Part shown: piece by piece, positions 23,311 to 37,522 of the stretch | How the letters are laid out: each line of letters starts with the position of its first letter | How positions within the stretch are numbered: the first letter of the stretch is position 1 | From: Perna viridis | Lineage: Eukaryota | Length of the DNA stretch: 64,000 nt | NCBI GenBank assembly: GCA_037379345.1 | Contig: CM074520.1 | Coordinates: forward strand, 868,001 to 932,000 | Direction: 5' to 3' | Position numbers and translations under genes: made by a program | Notes under the pieces: generated by a model | Database searches by the model: none | Told to the model about the DNA's origin: nothing | Seen by the model: only the letters and a program-made list of their open reading frames with translations

Positions 23311-26300
23311 TAAAGCCTATATCCTTCATGTACTTGTGAATTAAAAAGGTCTTAATATATTTAACATAGCATAATAGCATCTAACATGTATGTTATAGAA
23401 GTTACTATACATGTATTAACTATTGTCCCCAGTACCTACTGTACATTATGTCTATACATGTATTAACTATTGTCCCCTGTCATTGAAGTTAATGTTTACT
23501 TTATTATTTCAATGTCATTTTACTTTACACCTATCGTTGTATAACTACATTGTATCATTAGGAGGGATTTTTTTTTATAAATGTTATTTATTTTCCTAGA
23601 TATTTCTTTTCAATTTCATGTTCCTTGTCTGTTCCATTTCTAGTCATTTCCCACTCCATGTGTAGGTGTGTCATTGCTTTTATCCCTTTTAAGTTTAGTT
23701 TTATTACATTTTAATTGAGAGGGTGGTTTTCAGTATGTTGATACAATTGCTATTATTTAGATTGTCTCAGCATATTTTTTAACTGTATACTTAACTTTGT
23801 TTCCTAATATACAATACCTCATGCAATCCTCCAGGAACTCAAATATCTCAATACCCCCAACTCTTCCTGCCCTCATTTAAACACGATTTTTATGTAAACA
23901 TGACCTTGTTGATTGCTTTGTCCATCGTTTCTCTTTATTTGATACCATATTTTTCTCCATACAAGGTACTATATTCAGGGCCTTTGGTGTTAGCTTGATC
24001 AACTGTGAAAAGGATTTATTGCTAGGTATTATGGATTTATTGCTATGTTTCTTGCTAATTTTGCTCTACTTCTGTTTTAGAGATTTTCTGAATGTCATAT
24101 TAAAAATATGTTATCTGTGATAAAATAACGCAAGTAAAATTATTGATTTTTCAATGAAAATTTATTTTTGGTGTTTTCTTTTGTATCTATTGACATTCAC
24201 GTTTTAAAGTTTGGTCGTCGAACTTCTAGCTGACTACATCATAAGAAATGTCATAGCCTTATGTCACTGTTTTAAATAATATTTTAACAAGTGAACGACC
24301 AGTTAAGGCATTGACAATTGCAGACAATGAAGTACAGATACAAACATGACCACAGTCTCCTCACTCCTCTGTACTAATACTAACCCATAGATAATGTAGT
24401 GAAATTGGCATTTTTGGCGTTTTATCTATTCCCGAATCCATTTTATTGGTTCTTTGGCATTATATCTTATTTTAAGAACAAAAGAGACAAACAAAACAAA
24501 ACAAACAAACAAACAAACACCGATTGTGCAATTATATATTTGTCAAATTGTTATTTTTTCCCTTGTTTCAACTACTGCATGGTTCCTACAAAGACCAGTA
24601 TTTAACTAGATTTTTTAAAGATTGCGTAATGATTCAAATATAGACCGCTCGATAGTCAGAATAGTCATATGCTTATTAAATGGTCCGAAGATCCATAGCT
24701 AGTCTGAAACCTTAGTTTCATTAGTCGTGGGTCATGACCCTGGTCTGTATCTCGGAAAAGATCATCTTCAAACGCATAACAAGACATTTTGTTATGTATT
24801 CATGATTGCGTTTTGGATAAGTTTTTTTATATTAAATTTATTCATATGAACGAATGAAACAACACTTCCTAAAAGTATTTATAATCTAACTATTGAAATA
24901 CGTTTTCAAAATTGAAGTTTATGTCATATACAAATGTCATGGCTTTAACATTGTCTCCTCGTCAGTGGTTTCATAAAACTCATCTTTAACATTGTCTCCT
25001 TGTCAATGATCAAACTCATCTTTAACATGGTGGTCGGTAACTTGTGGTAAAGAAAAACCCAAAATGCATGATATAAATTGAGTGCATGTTACATAAGAAA
25101 TGTAATTACAGGTGCAAAAACATGCCTTAATGAATTAAGACCGAGAAGATGTTCTAATGAATTAAGACTGAGAAGATGTTCTAATGAATTAAACGTCTTG
25201 TTCTGACTGATTTCTGACTATTTTAGACAAGTAATTACTACAAACCACAGCTAATTGATGATAGGCTTAAGTGAGAAATTGTGAATTAAAGACTCTTGAA
25301 GTGGGTTTTGCCGTCACCACTGCTTTAAATCGTAATATAATAATTACATGAAGATCTATATTGATTTTAGCATATTAGTCAAACCATAAGGGATAGCTTT
25401 GGCGCCCCCTAGTATAACCTTTCAATATTTTTTTACTTAAAAGTGCATTTAATTATAATAAGCTTTGCTTTACTTACAATCCTATAACATTTGAAAGCGA
25501 AATACGCAGATGAAGTCTGAATAGGACCCTCTCACCCCATAAAAAACCAAACCATAAAAAAAAAAAAAAAAAAAAGCCAATCAAATAATCATCAAAATAC
25601 TATAAAATGGAATATTAGACCAGATGGCTAACACAAGTACACCCCCTTAAAAATTCACATATGAACACATCATACATGGCGAAGATTTAATCAACACATA
25701 CACTCTTTAAAAAAAAGATAGCCGACGCGGTAAAATTTTGTTCTTTTTACTTATAATTTTCTACATTTCATTCAGGAAATTACACATGGCACGCAATTTC
25801 GATACAGTCTTTTTTCGAACGCCACTAAGTTGTCAGTATTTGGCCAATCAGGAAACCGAATTCCGATCAGGTGACTTGCGTTTCCATGGAAGAGCGTCTT
25901 TAAGGTCAAAGGGTAAAAAGCGAAACTATAACGACTGCGTCAGAAAAAAAACAACAACGCACTTCAGCTCTTTCTATTTATTATTATTATTATTATTATT
26001 ATAGAGTAAATGCAATGGGCGACAAACAAGTCCAATGTCACTTAGAGCACACAAAAACACAAGGTAATCTTAATACACTGTAGTAAACGAAAAGATTTGA
26101 ATTTGTATGTTGCTTTTTTCCTGACTTCTGAAATCGAAACTTTTTTATAGCAAGTATGTCAAATATATATTGTAGTTTTCGCTATTGTAACTATCGCTTT
26201 ATATATAAAAGATGTTCTTTGAAGTATGTTGGTTTAAAAACAAGGATAAGACGGTTCAGATCGACAACCCAATCGGAAATACTCGGCCATTTCCGCTAAC

Positions 26301-27258
26301 ATTAAAACATAACCTTGGATGTACAAGGGAGAATTTCTTCTTGATAAAATTGTTGTAAACGCGCCTAAAAGTAGTTCTATCCACCAGACGGCGTTAAAAA
26401 ATTGGTAAGATATCACTATAAATAAAGAACAACAACTCTGTCAAGAATTTTTGCGAAGCAAGTAGCTAGGGAAAAAAATCAACCAGTCAAACTCCAAGGC
26501 AGATCCAGTTCCGTACCGTCGACGTTCCTCCACTAGGCTAAAAACCACTAATTCCACTTCCCATAGGCTTCCATGCTAATTTCACAATATTCAATGGCTT
26601 CTCTGGACTTTACCTTAACTTTAACCTGCAGATGACTATATATCAGCATGATTCTACATATGTAAGCTCACAATCCTCAGAATGGCATGTGGGGTTAGCA
26701 GACTTGCAGTGCAGTACTGGTCACCGGAAGTGAAAGGTCTATAAATAGCATGGGAAATCCCAGTGTTTTCACAAGATAGGGGTATATTTAAAAATCATTA
26801 TGGAGATTAGGCTTCACATCACAAGAAGCAAAATGCACCTATAAAATGTACAGAAATGTTTTTCCTTTCAGAAACTGTTTAAATTTTTTAAATAAGATGA
26901 GAACTTTTTTCACAGCACTATGAGGAACAGGGGTAATTTCTGCGTAGGACTATTTTTGCGTACGTTCCAAATGCTCATTGGTTGAATTGGTGGTCTGTAA
27001 CCACTATTTCAGTATTCTGGAATGACAAAAGTAGTGCCGGCATGGAAGAGGCCAATGCTCCGGGGTTTGTCAACCAGTAAAACTATAATTTTAGAGTCGG
27101 ATCGGTCAAATTCCGGACAGATTCTTTCGCCTTGTACCTCCGAGATTATTCTTTTTTGTAACTAGGAAGGCCGAGGAGTTCAGATTGATCGACTACCGAC
27201 TAAATAACTGGAGACAAAAAGTTTCCACTGAGATCTTGAACAAATATCGGGAATATTT

Positions 27259-27489
27259 TAGGGGTGGATCCAGGATTTTGGATTAGGGGGGAGCGCACAG
27301 TTAAAATTTTTAAGGTTGAATTGTTGAAATATTCTCCCAGAGGGGGTGCAATGTAGATATCTTTTGTGGTAAAATTAGCGAGAAATTAAAGTTTCAACCT
27401 TAAACCGCCTAAATATACTCTGACAACCCATGCTTTGCAAATTTTAGTGGGGTGCACGCCTGTCACGTCCCCACCTGGATGCGCCCCTG
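27259..27489 (-). mobile_element. MITE, family A copy 1 (hAT-like TIRs)
   Basis: TAGGGGTGGATCCAGG...CCTGGATGCGCCCCTG. The internal sequence is the reverse complement of the copies at 31277 and 51619. Confidence 0.9.
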
Positions 27490-27841
27490 GATTTGCATTC
27501 GAAAAATATCATATACCTGTATTTCACAGCGTCATGAGGTTTGTCATTTTTCTGTCTCTTTCCGTTCGAAAAGTATCAAATGATTGAATAATTTGACTGA
27601 CAGACTTCTTGAATTTGTCTCATTGCATTATTGGAATACACTATCAGTTTTCTAAAGGATACAAGAGCGCAATTATTCACAATGTAATTTCCGCATGGGG
27701 GGTCCTCACTTCCACTAAAATCTAAAAATAGATCCGGGTAAAATTTCTCTAATCTAACGCAATGTTGCTAAAATACACCCATATAGGTTTTAAATTTTTA
27801 AATAAAAACCATATCATGCGGCGTTTCTGTCCGTAAATTAA

Positions 27842-28093
27842 GGTTAAAAAAGGAGAATACTTTTTCAATCAATTTTTCAGTAGCCATCCTAAGCCTCAAG
27901 TGCTCCATAAAATATACATGCTAGCTTACAAATTCGATACTTTTGGTTTCTTACTGTTCGTACAATTTTTTCATGAAAATATCTTTTTTTATTACCCACC
28001 AATCGTGAACATTTCTGTATTTTCCACTGGGCTGCATGTCGGGGTAAAGATCTGGCTGAATACCGAGGAGACATAATTGCGTTATTGTAACCT
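27842..28093. mobile_element. Possible Kolobok-type MITE remnant
   Basis: TTAA|GGTTAAAA ... TTGTAACC|TAAA imperfect termini only. Confidence 0.3.
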
Positions 28094-31000
28094 AAAGTGA
28101 AAGTAGGCGATGTATGTTACAATATTGGAACAGACTATAGATACAGGTAGTGTTACAGCCGTGCCATATTAGTAAGCTCTGACGTAGGCAATCATACACA
28201 TTATAGAATGGCTGAAAAATATAATGCACAAAATGAAGAATGATCCAGACGTCGCTTAATTAGCAAAATAGCCTTTTTAAACACTTTTATGTGTTGAAAG
28301 AAATTCAAGCATTATTATAATTTACTGCGATGTTACAGTGTATTTCCCAGGTAACTTAGGCGATATTCTGTAATTAAGATATGTGACTTCTCTAGAGTGG
28401 GATGCCAGTGGTATTCAAGTGTCTTCTCTAGTACTATGATATATTTTGTGTCCATTGTTGGGAATTTTATTGTTTGTGATGTGCACTGAAGAAAAGATCC
28501 AATGGGAGTTCTCAGACCGGTTCTGTGCGAGAAAAGTGAGTATATTAAAGTATAAGTAGACAAATGCATGACCAAGAGTACCTGTAAGTATCCAGCATAC
28601 CCGGGTACCCAATGTACACAAAGCTGAGACAGTACCCTACAATTACATGTAGTACAATCATGTAAAACACTTATACTTACATGCATAAAAAGATACCATT
28701 ACATTTTAAAATTATTACACCCTACGTCAGGACCTCATGAAAATAACTGAATAAAAGAAATGCAACCGAATATTGAAACAAAATTGTGGATCGCAAAAAC
28801 AAATGTATGCAGCGACAGTAAAAACTCAAATAGTATAACAGAAGTAATCATTGGAGTTTGAAAATACATGTAAATTGATTTGAGAGTTTCTAAAAAAAAA
28901 ATTAAGAAAATTCCATATGTGGCGAAGAAGTAAAGTATAAAAGGGTTGACGAGAATTAGGTCAAATGTACACGTTCATTATTCGTGTTTCCATAAAATAT
29001 TACCACGGCAATGAAAAGAAGTTTCATGCCGAATTAAGAAAAAAATTGGGACCCAAATATCTGCATACGCCACTGCCATGTATGAAATCGTTGTTCGTTG
29101 ATATATCGAATGTTCAAACTAACGATCATATTATACAGTTGGTGTGAAAGTTTGTCATCAAAGGGGAGGAAATAGTGAGGGAGTGTAACGAGGAAATATC
29201 GGTCGATCACCAAGAAAGTTCTATAGACACGAGCACATTATACGGACACGGTCATGAAGAGGCAATGAGGGAAGATTAAATAGAACCCGACATATGAGAT
29301 ACCGTGATGCAACCTTAATTTAATCCGTATTGGGAGTACAAGGCCAAGCTAAGCAGCTAAAATGGGACTATGGCTAGTACTTGTCTTAAGTGTGCAAGAT
29401 AGGAATTAGATGCGGATACAAATACTACAGAACAATCTTTGAATGATTATCGTAATAGTGGTCAAACTTTGATGTCGCTGTACATTAATACGTGGATATG
29501 GAAACATACATTTAATATTCAAAGGCCAGTTACACTTGCGATGGCTATATGAATTGATAGAAATGAATAAAATAATGAAATATGAATAAAGCAAAATAAA
29601 AACAAAAACAAAATAAGAACAAAACAAGAAACTAATTACAATGGATAATACGTCAGAATGTAACGAGGATTGTTTCCTATCAATCTTCGTTATTTTGATT
29701 CTAAATATAATATTTTCAATATTATTAGCTTGTTTTACCATTGATTATCATTTTAGATTCGTTGGGAGATAATAATTTAGCGATTTTTGGATTTTATAAA
29801 CAAGAATGAGATAGTATATTGCTAGAGTAAGCATGAACAAGTGTTCAAGAAGTTGGTCTTATTACAGTAATTATACATAGTGACATATAAACTACTGACG
29901 TTGTACAGCTTGACCAAGTTAAACGAGGATTTAATCGTACTTAGTATTATTTCAAAATTCTCTGGAAAGTTATATTTTAATTCGCACTCTTGTTCGAACT
30001 TAAAAAAGTCAAACGTGTCGCACGAGAACTATCTGAATCTAAATCTGTACATGTATATTATACATTTTTTGTTCAATTATTTATTTCGCAACTAAGTTAT
30101 ATACTCCACCTTTTGACAGCTGCAAAATTGTTTGTAATCTCTTATATGTTAACTATTTGTCCACATTTAAAATATAATATAGTTATAACATATTCTTTAT
30201 ATTCAAATAAATTCAGCATCAATGGGGGAATTATTTTTCCAAATGCAGTGCAATATGTATTCAATTTATTTCATGTTATTGAATGTTCATCGATAAAGTG
30301 AAATCCAAAATAAACGTAATGATTAAGCGATTTAATTTTGTATTTGAAACGGTAGGATTTACTTTGGAGTATGTGCCAATCACCGACCTCCGCCATTATT
30401 TTCAAATGGGACAAATGGCGGCGAGAACGATAGGGTTGTAAGGTTACAAATGTATTAGAACAACCTCATTAACCTCGCATGGTTATCGCGTTAATATCAT
30501 CATATCAGGTATAAGCGAATACAAGTTACACCCGAATCCTAGCCTAGGTGTTCTTCATACGACTTACACGGGAATCCTAGGCTAGGTGTTCTTCATACGA
30601 CTTACTGTTTTTATCAAACAGTTTCTGTTAAGTTTAACCATGTAATGCAAAAATCACTTGAAATATTCAAAATATGAAGAAGAAAAAAAATGACAATTAT
30701 CCTCCGTTAGTAGCTTCGATATACCTCTCTGTCATATGCATTAAATTCATCTATATTTTACAAGGTGTCCTGTGTAAAATTCGAGAATTCGAATAAAGGA
30801 TTATGACAAAGCGAGCTTCGAATAATGCATTAGTATCAACTGTACCAGGATTATGGATAACATAAAAAAAGCTACTAGTAACCTGCAGTGTCATGCACTT
30901 GTGTTTTGAGTAGATTGCAATTGCTTCAAAAGCATGATGGGCCACAATATCGTCCTTATGAAAGGGGAAAGGCGTTTTAGGCAAGGGGGGATAAACCAAA

Positions 31001-31276
31001 AAAAAATTCTTGACAGGATCACCGGTGAGGATCACGAAGCGAGTGTTTTTCATGACTTAACACACACAATTTTTTCAACATTTTTTTTCTAAAAGGGGGC
31101 GCCCCCTGGATCCGTCACTGGGTATTTGATGAATAATTTCTGACATGGTGCTATCTTGATAGCATGAAAGAATGGACTTTCTGCCTTTACGATGTAGGAG
31201 TACTTACTTCTAAACTCTAAACCAGCAGCACGCTCATAGATTCGGTATATGCCATTAGCATTGCAACAAGTGCAGA

Positions 31277-31494
31277 CAGGGGTGCATCAGGCGGGGACGT
31301 GGCAGACGTGCGCCCCACTAAAATTTGCCAAGCATGGGTTGTCAGGAGTAGATTTAGGCGGTGTTAAATTGAAACCTTAATTTCTCGCCAATTTTACCAC
31401 AAAAGATATCTACATTGCACCCACTCTAGAAGAATATTTCAATTTTAACTTTGCGCCCTACCTCCCCCTATCTAAAATCCTGGATCCGCCCTAG
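31277..31494 (+). mobile_element. MITE, family A copy 2
   Basis: CAGGGGTGCATCAGG...CCTGGATCCGCCCTAG. It shares AAGCATGGGTTGTCAGG and AATTTTACCACAAAAGATATCTACATTGCACCC with the other copies. Confidence 0.9.
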
Positions 31495-33805
31495 GTGCAC
31501 GTGCATTTAGTGTCATCTGGTCATTGCTTTTGTTGAACTAATATGATGTTTTGAACTTAAAAAGAACCACAAAGCAAAAAAAATTGAATATTTTTTTCCA
31601 TTCAAAATTCCCATAATTGCAGAAACATTTCTATGTTGTCGGTTTGTAATGATTTGTTTTATCTATTTTAATTAAATTTTGCGTTTTGATGAACACTACA
31701 ATGGCGATGATCACTCTCTGACAGATGGTGGTTAACTTGCAATGATTACGTCTGTCAAAAACAGACGATTTATTTTTAGGAAATTAATGTAGAAATATAA
31801 TTGTGTATTTATTAATCAGGTGTTACTATGCAGTTCGTTGTGCAGAGTTTGCAATTATGTGCCTGATGAGTCATTCCAAGTTAGTGTCAGCAACCTGCCA
31901 ATCGCGGAAGGGTTTATTGTTAAAAATAGAATCTGATTTGATAAAACTAATTTTGCTAGTACTAATCATAAATAAATTTATGACTCTTTTATTATTAGGA
32001 CGGTGATAACTAGTTTACATCTGGAAGTTGTTCCTCTGGAAATAAGGTTCCTACTTGTCACATCTCTTATACTGAAGGTTCCATTTTTATCAATCGAATC
32101 AATTTGTTTATCATATGATTCTATTTTTACGACTGTTGATGATTTTGTATATTTACGATGGCCACCTTACACTTAAAACAGGTTTAGATTGTAAATTGTA
32201 GTACTGAGTGTGTTTATACTTAGGATGAAATAAATTTAGTCATTTGCTAAATTGATATTGCACACCATAATAAAGTCCGTATCTTTAACTTGTTTCTAAT
32301 TTCTGCATAGCTGCTGTCTTTTACATGTTACATGCAGTTAGCTTATAAAAAAGAAATAACGTGATTATATAAAGCATATACGATTTTACACCAGCGTGGG
32401 AACGAACACTTACAAATTACAACTTGTGACAAAACACCAACCAAGACCCAACCGAAGCACCCGGGCATGTCACCTTAACTTTAGTTTGAAATGAAAGGGC
32501 AGTGAAACAAGTACACAAGAATAAGTTAGATATCTATGCACTGCTTTTTATGAAACCAGACAGAACGTTTGAAAATACGATTTGGTCAAGGTCGGAACTT
32601 GTCCTTGAAAGACATGAATGAAATAACAAAGATCGCCAGAACCCAACATTTGGCATCGAAAACATCTTGATTTGCCGGGTAATAAAATGTGGACTAAGGG
32701 AACAAAAGAAAAATGGTAAAGTATGAAAATATAGAAAAAAAGCAGTGTACATTTCAAGGTTTACATTACGATCGGAGTTTAATACGTATTTATAAATGCA
32801 ATAATATAATACATTGAATAGTCCAAAATACTTCAGCCAAATATCATGTGTAATCAAAGGAACAAAAGATGTCCAAATGTAACTAAAACACTTGTTTGGA
32901 CACGATTTCTAGGAACCACATTACACCACAATACAAGTTTATAAGTCGCATTTACTCAAATGTCTCTAAAAGCAAAGTTCTGAGTACGTGGTCTCAGAAA
33001 AACTCAGATCTGGTTCTTCTAAGAAAGAAGTATAAAGGGTAAAAAAATCAAGAGTTTGGAAATGACCTTGTTTTAGGTCAGCGGGTTATTATAAAAATAA
33101 TATAACTACCTATTGTCTGATGAATTTAGAGAACAATGAGAAGTAGAAACATCAAAGAAATCTTGCTGAAGTAATCAGAACTCATTAATTTATTATTTTA
33201 ACACATTTCTAACACAAAACCTGCTCCTGACCTTTCAATTTTCTCTACGTTACAATTCCGTGGTAAGTGTTTACATAATTTACCATGGCAACACAAACGT
33301 CACAATGAATACTTTTTCCAAGGTTATGATGTTGAAGCATTGACTTGGATATTTATTGGACAATAATAGAGGTTTAAGGTGGTGATGATGAAGCGATATC
33401 GTCAGTAATTCTTATCTGATTATATCTAGTATTTAGATCTGCATAGTAACAGAAGAATGTTCAGCGTAGCGGTGCAACAACTGAGATAGTAACGGAAATA
33501 CCAGACTCACATGTAGTAACGAAGTCGATCAGGCAGTCTACATTAAATTTCATTACTCAAGGGGGCGGTGAAAAATCTTTCTATATGCGCTTTATGATAT
33601 ATTTAAATTCAGAAATTCAGAAATTAACGAAAGTCAGTTACAAATCATATTTCTTAATTTCGACATGATACATGTATGTCGTAATTTTGAAATATCGATA
33701 TGCTGTGACTTTATTTAGTCATATTATGTTGTTATGAAGCCATGGGTGAGATATAGTACTGGGTTCGAAATGAGCTATACTCACCCTTACTCAGCAATGC
33801 TAGAG

Positions 33806-33890
33806 GTCTGGCAAGATATTTTCTGACTTGGTCCCATTCTAATGGTATGGAGGAACGGAATTCCAACTTCTTACGTTGTAAGAGTATACT
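33806..33890 (-). mobile_element. Fragment of a dispersed repeat, the uninterrupted paralog of 52842-53445
   Basis: The reverse complement TACTCTTACAACGTAAGAAGTTGGAATTCCGTTCCTCCATACC...ACCAAGTCAGAAAATATCTTGCCAGAC matches both flanks of the LINE insertion at 52876-53385. Confidence 0.85.
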
Positions 33891-34529
33891 CACCCTATGA
33901 ATGATGACCTTTTGTCCACGTACATTCTCATTTAGTATGTACTATCTTAGGCCCGCTTTCGTCCTTTTGGTGTCAGTTATTTTCGTTGTTTCATAGTCAT
34001 GTTTCATGTGTTTGGCGAATAGTCATTTTTTTGTTTTTCTCCACAGACCTTGCCTTCTATATGTGTCGTGTCCTTAAGTTATTTTCTTAGCACGTTGGAT
34101 TTTACATATACCTGTTTGTTTGAGGACAGCAATTGAAAATTATTCTTTAAAGTTAGTGACATCTCGAAGCCTGTAATTCCATTTGAGGGGAAGTTGTTGC
34201 ATTATTAATGGTTTTATGTACAAATCTATAAAGACAAAACGTCGCAGCCATCTAGATATTTGTATAAATCACCCAAGTCAAATGCACAATCTTTTACTAT
34301 GACGCATTTCTGACAATTTGCTATTTTAAACTTTTGAAATCTCTTTGAATGAAAAAATCTCATCGATAAGACGTTAATCTGTTTCTGATGGTAATACCAC
34401 CACGAACATGGTTTGACGAGGATATTAATATAAAGTTTGCATCACGGCATGACGTATATCTTGTATGTCTAAGACAGTAGCTACTTTCATCCATCGTTCC
34501 TTAGAGTACAAGTACATTAAGGTAATTAT

Positions 34530-35365
34530 ACCGAGGGAGTAGACACAACAATCCTGCAAACAGGAGACGAGTTATCGAACGCAGATCTGGAAAAAAAAGA
34601 CAGCATTCCTGTAAACAGGAGATGAGTAATGGAACATAAATCTGGAGGAGAAAACACAACAATCTTGTAAACGGGAGATGATTTGGGGACAGCAGTACGT
34701 TTGATTGATTACACAGACCAACACGTATTTTTTTCATTGCCATTCGTGACTGTATAGCTGGGGCCATATAATTTATCTGGATAAAGGAACAACTCAATGC
34801 GAAGGAAAAAACACAGCAATTCTGTAAATAGAAGATGAGTTAGGGAACATACCCTGAAGGAAAAGACACAACAATCCTGTAAACAGAAGACGAGTTAGGG
34901 AACATATCCTGCAGGAAAGACAGCAATCCTGCAAACAGGAAACGAGTTAGGGAACATATCCTGAAGGAAAAGACACAACAATCCTGTAAATAGGGACGAA
35001 TTCGAGAACATTATTTGAAGGAAAAGACACATCAATCCTGTAATACATGTAAATAGGAGACAAGTTGGGGGGTCATAATCTGAATCAGAAGATATAGCAA
35101 TTATGTAATATGACACGAGCCAGTGAACATAATCTGAAGGAAAAGTCACAGCAATCCTGTAAATAGGAGACGAGTTGGAGAACATACCCTGAAGGAAAAG
35201 ACACGGCAATCCTAAAGCAGAAGACGAGTTAGGGAACATATCAAGAGGGAAAAGATACAGCAATCATGTAAACAGGGAATGTGTGATACCTATAAACAGA
35301 GGCGAGTTAAAGAAGGCAGAATATAACAATAACATTCCTGTAAATAAGCGACGAGTAAGGGAACA
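34530..35365. repeat. Degenerate ~55-bp minisatellite
   Basis: CTGAAGGAAAAGACACAGCAATCCTGTAAACAGGAGACGAGTTAGGGAACATATC-like units, interrupted at about 34700-34800. Confidence 0.9.
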
Positions 35366-36439
35366 AAGCATTCCCGACAATTCATTTTCGATTAAACTAA
35401 ATGATCTTAAAAACTGCAATAAAATTCACAAGGTCGGTATGGTATCTCATCAAATATTTGAATATTTTAACACCGTACAGCATATCTCAGAACTGTCCAA
35501 GAATTCTAAACATTTATATGGAATCACTGAAACAAACAAATTCTTGGCATGTTAAATATTAATGTAGATTTTTATTATTTTAGTAGGACTTTATCATATT
35601 TCTCATTGTTCAAATAACATTGTAGATAGCTTAACTACATTTGTCATTTCTGCTATAACTATCAATATAATATTTTGGTAGTTTGTGAAGCTTTTTAGAA
35701 TGGTTCTATCTAAACATCGTACAGATAGCGATTCATCGCATTTATCAACTATTTCTACGACCCTTAACGAAATTCTTCTTACACAAAATAACATCGATGT
35801 TTTATTACTCGAACGGATGTCAACGGACACTACTGAAACAAGGTATACAAGGCATGAAAAATGGGCATGTATTTCTGAAATAAGTTTAGGTGGAACATTA
35901 CTTAACGGAATAACTAAGCCGACTTAATGCATGCAATTATAACGTTAACTACAAAACTATACACAGATACAAGAACAGGAATCAGTGAATAGAAAGAAAT
36001 AATACCATTTGGAAGAATGAACCAACCTACAACAGAACAAGCAAAAAACAAAACAAAACAAAACAGAACAGAACAAAGAACAAAGAACAAAGAAAACAAC
36101 ACTGAGCAAAAATAAAAATAATAATAATAAATAAAAATAACTGGAATTTCATGTTACCTGCTTCAAACGATTAACGCGGTGTTTAACATATTGTTACAGT
36201 ACAAAGTTTTGCTTCTCTCCATTTTCCATTTCTCAATAATTTAATTTGGTTTGTAATGAAGCTTTCTGATTGGTTAGGTCTCTTCCACTAACCTACTAAA
36301 TATAAAATACAAGTAATTACCCGTGTTATTTTTATAAAACCTACTACATCATTATAAAGTACGATCTGCCAATACAAAACACCATCACTCTTACTGATTT
36401 ATAGATTACGATTTGGGAGAGTGGGTCAAACATAAATAA

Positions 36440-37150
36440 TTGCCATCTATAAAGGTTGTTGCACATATACTGCTTATAAAATACTGACCGTACACAAGGT
36501 GCTTGTGAAAAAGGTAATGTTAATTAAAAACCGATTCCGCATCGCTCCCGGTTTTCTGCTTTGTCGACCACACCCGCGACATAATAGAAAACTGAGAGCG
36601 ATGCGAGATCAACTTCAGTTATATTAGTGAAACGGAGGTTAACATAAGTTGCTTAAAAAGGTTGCCGTACATAAAGTGCCTGTATAAAGAGCGCCGTTCA
36701 TAAAGTGCTAGTATAAAGAGTACTATACATAAAGTGCTTGTATAAAGGTTGCCGTACATAAAGTGCTTGTATAAAGATTGCGGTGCATAAAGTGCTTGTA
36801 AACAGAGTACCGTACATAAAGTGCTTGTATAAAGGTTGCCGTGCATAAAGTGCTTGTATAAAGAGTACTGTACATAAAGTGCTTGTATAAAGGTTGCGTA
36901 CATAAAGTGCTTGTAATAAAGTGGTCATGGATACGGTGCTTGAAAACAGACCGTCATACAGATTTTATGTGTAGAAATGTTGCTTAATGGTGTTTAATTG
37001 TAAAAGATGGCCATACATAAAGGACTTGTAAATAACTAACAATACTTCTGTACATTAGGTAAAAAGTTGGTCAGAAATAAGGTGTTTCTTAAGAGGTTGT
37101 TCATGTATATGATGTTTATAGAAAAGTTCAGCATGTATAAACGGAGTTTT
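36440..37150. repeat. 29-bp minisatellite (core 36650-36920, degenerate flanks)
   Basis: CATAAAGTGCTTGTATAAAGGTTGCCGTA units alternating with ...AGAGTACTGTA variants. Confidence 0.9.
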
Positions 37151-37522
37151 TAGAGAGTTTTAACACAATTCTGTTAATTTTAAAGTCTGGTTGGCAGTGA
37201 TGTGTGGTTCGGGATAGTTATTGGGACAGGTTGCTTGAGTGAACAGTACTACACTACCATTGATGTGTGAAAGATTTGATATCTAATCATAATTTTCAGG
37301 AAATTCGAACATCTTGGCATATTAAATTCAGTACTTTGGTAACTACTCTTCAGTCATTCACTTTTCCAATAACCTACTATGTATAAATAAATAGTTTTAA
37401 TTATATGATGGAGTAATTTAAATACTGTTGGAAATAGAGCAATATAGTAAAAAACAATAAATACTGATAGTTATCCCCAGAATAGTAAGCTTGATTTTGT
37501 AGCTTATAATACGGGATCACAA

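Noticed and set aside
28730-29400. Coding-like purine-rich stretch (KFVIKGEEIVRECNEE...)
   Set aside because: It has multiple stops and no homolog I can name. A tblastn search is needed.
30390-30422. Inverted CCGCCATT/AATGGCGG (YY1-like) pair
   Set aside because: It is short and common in repeats, and no linked transcript is evident.
31860-31900. CTGATGA hammerhead-core-like motif (also about 33117 and 50003)
   Set aside because: There is no matching GAAA and stem II/III arrangement.
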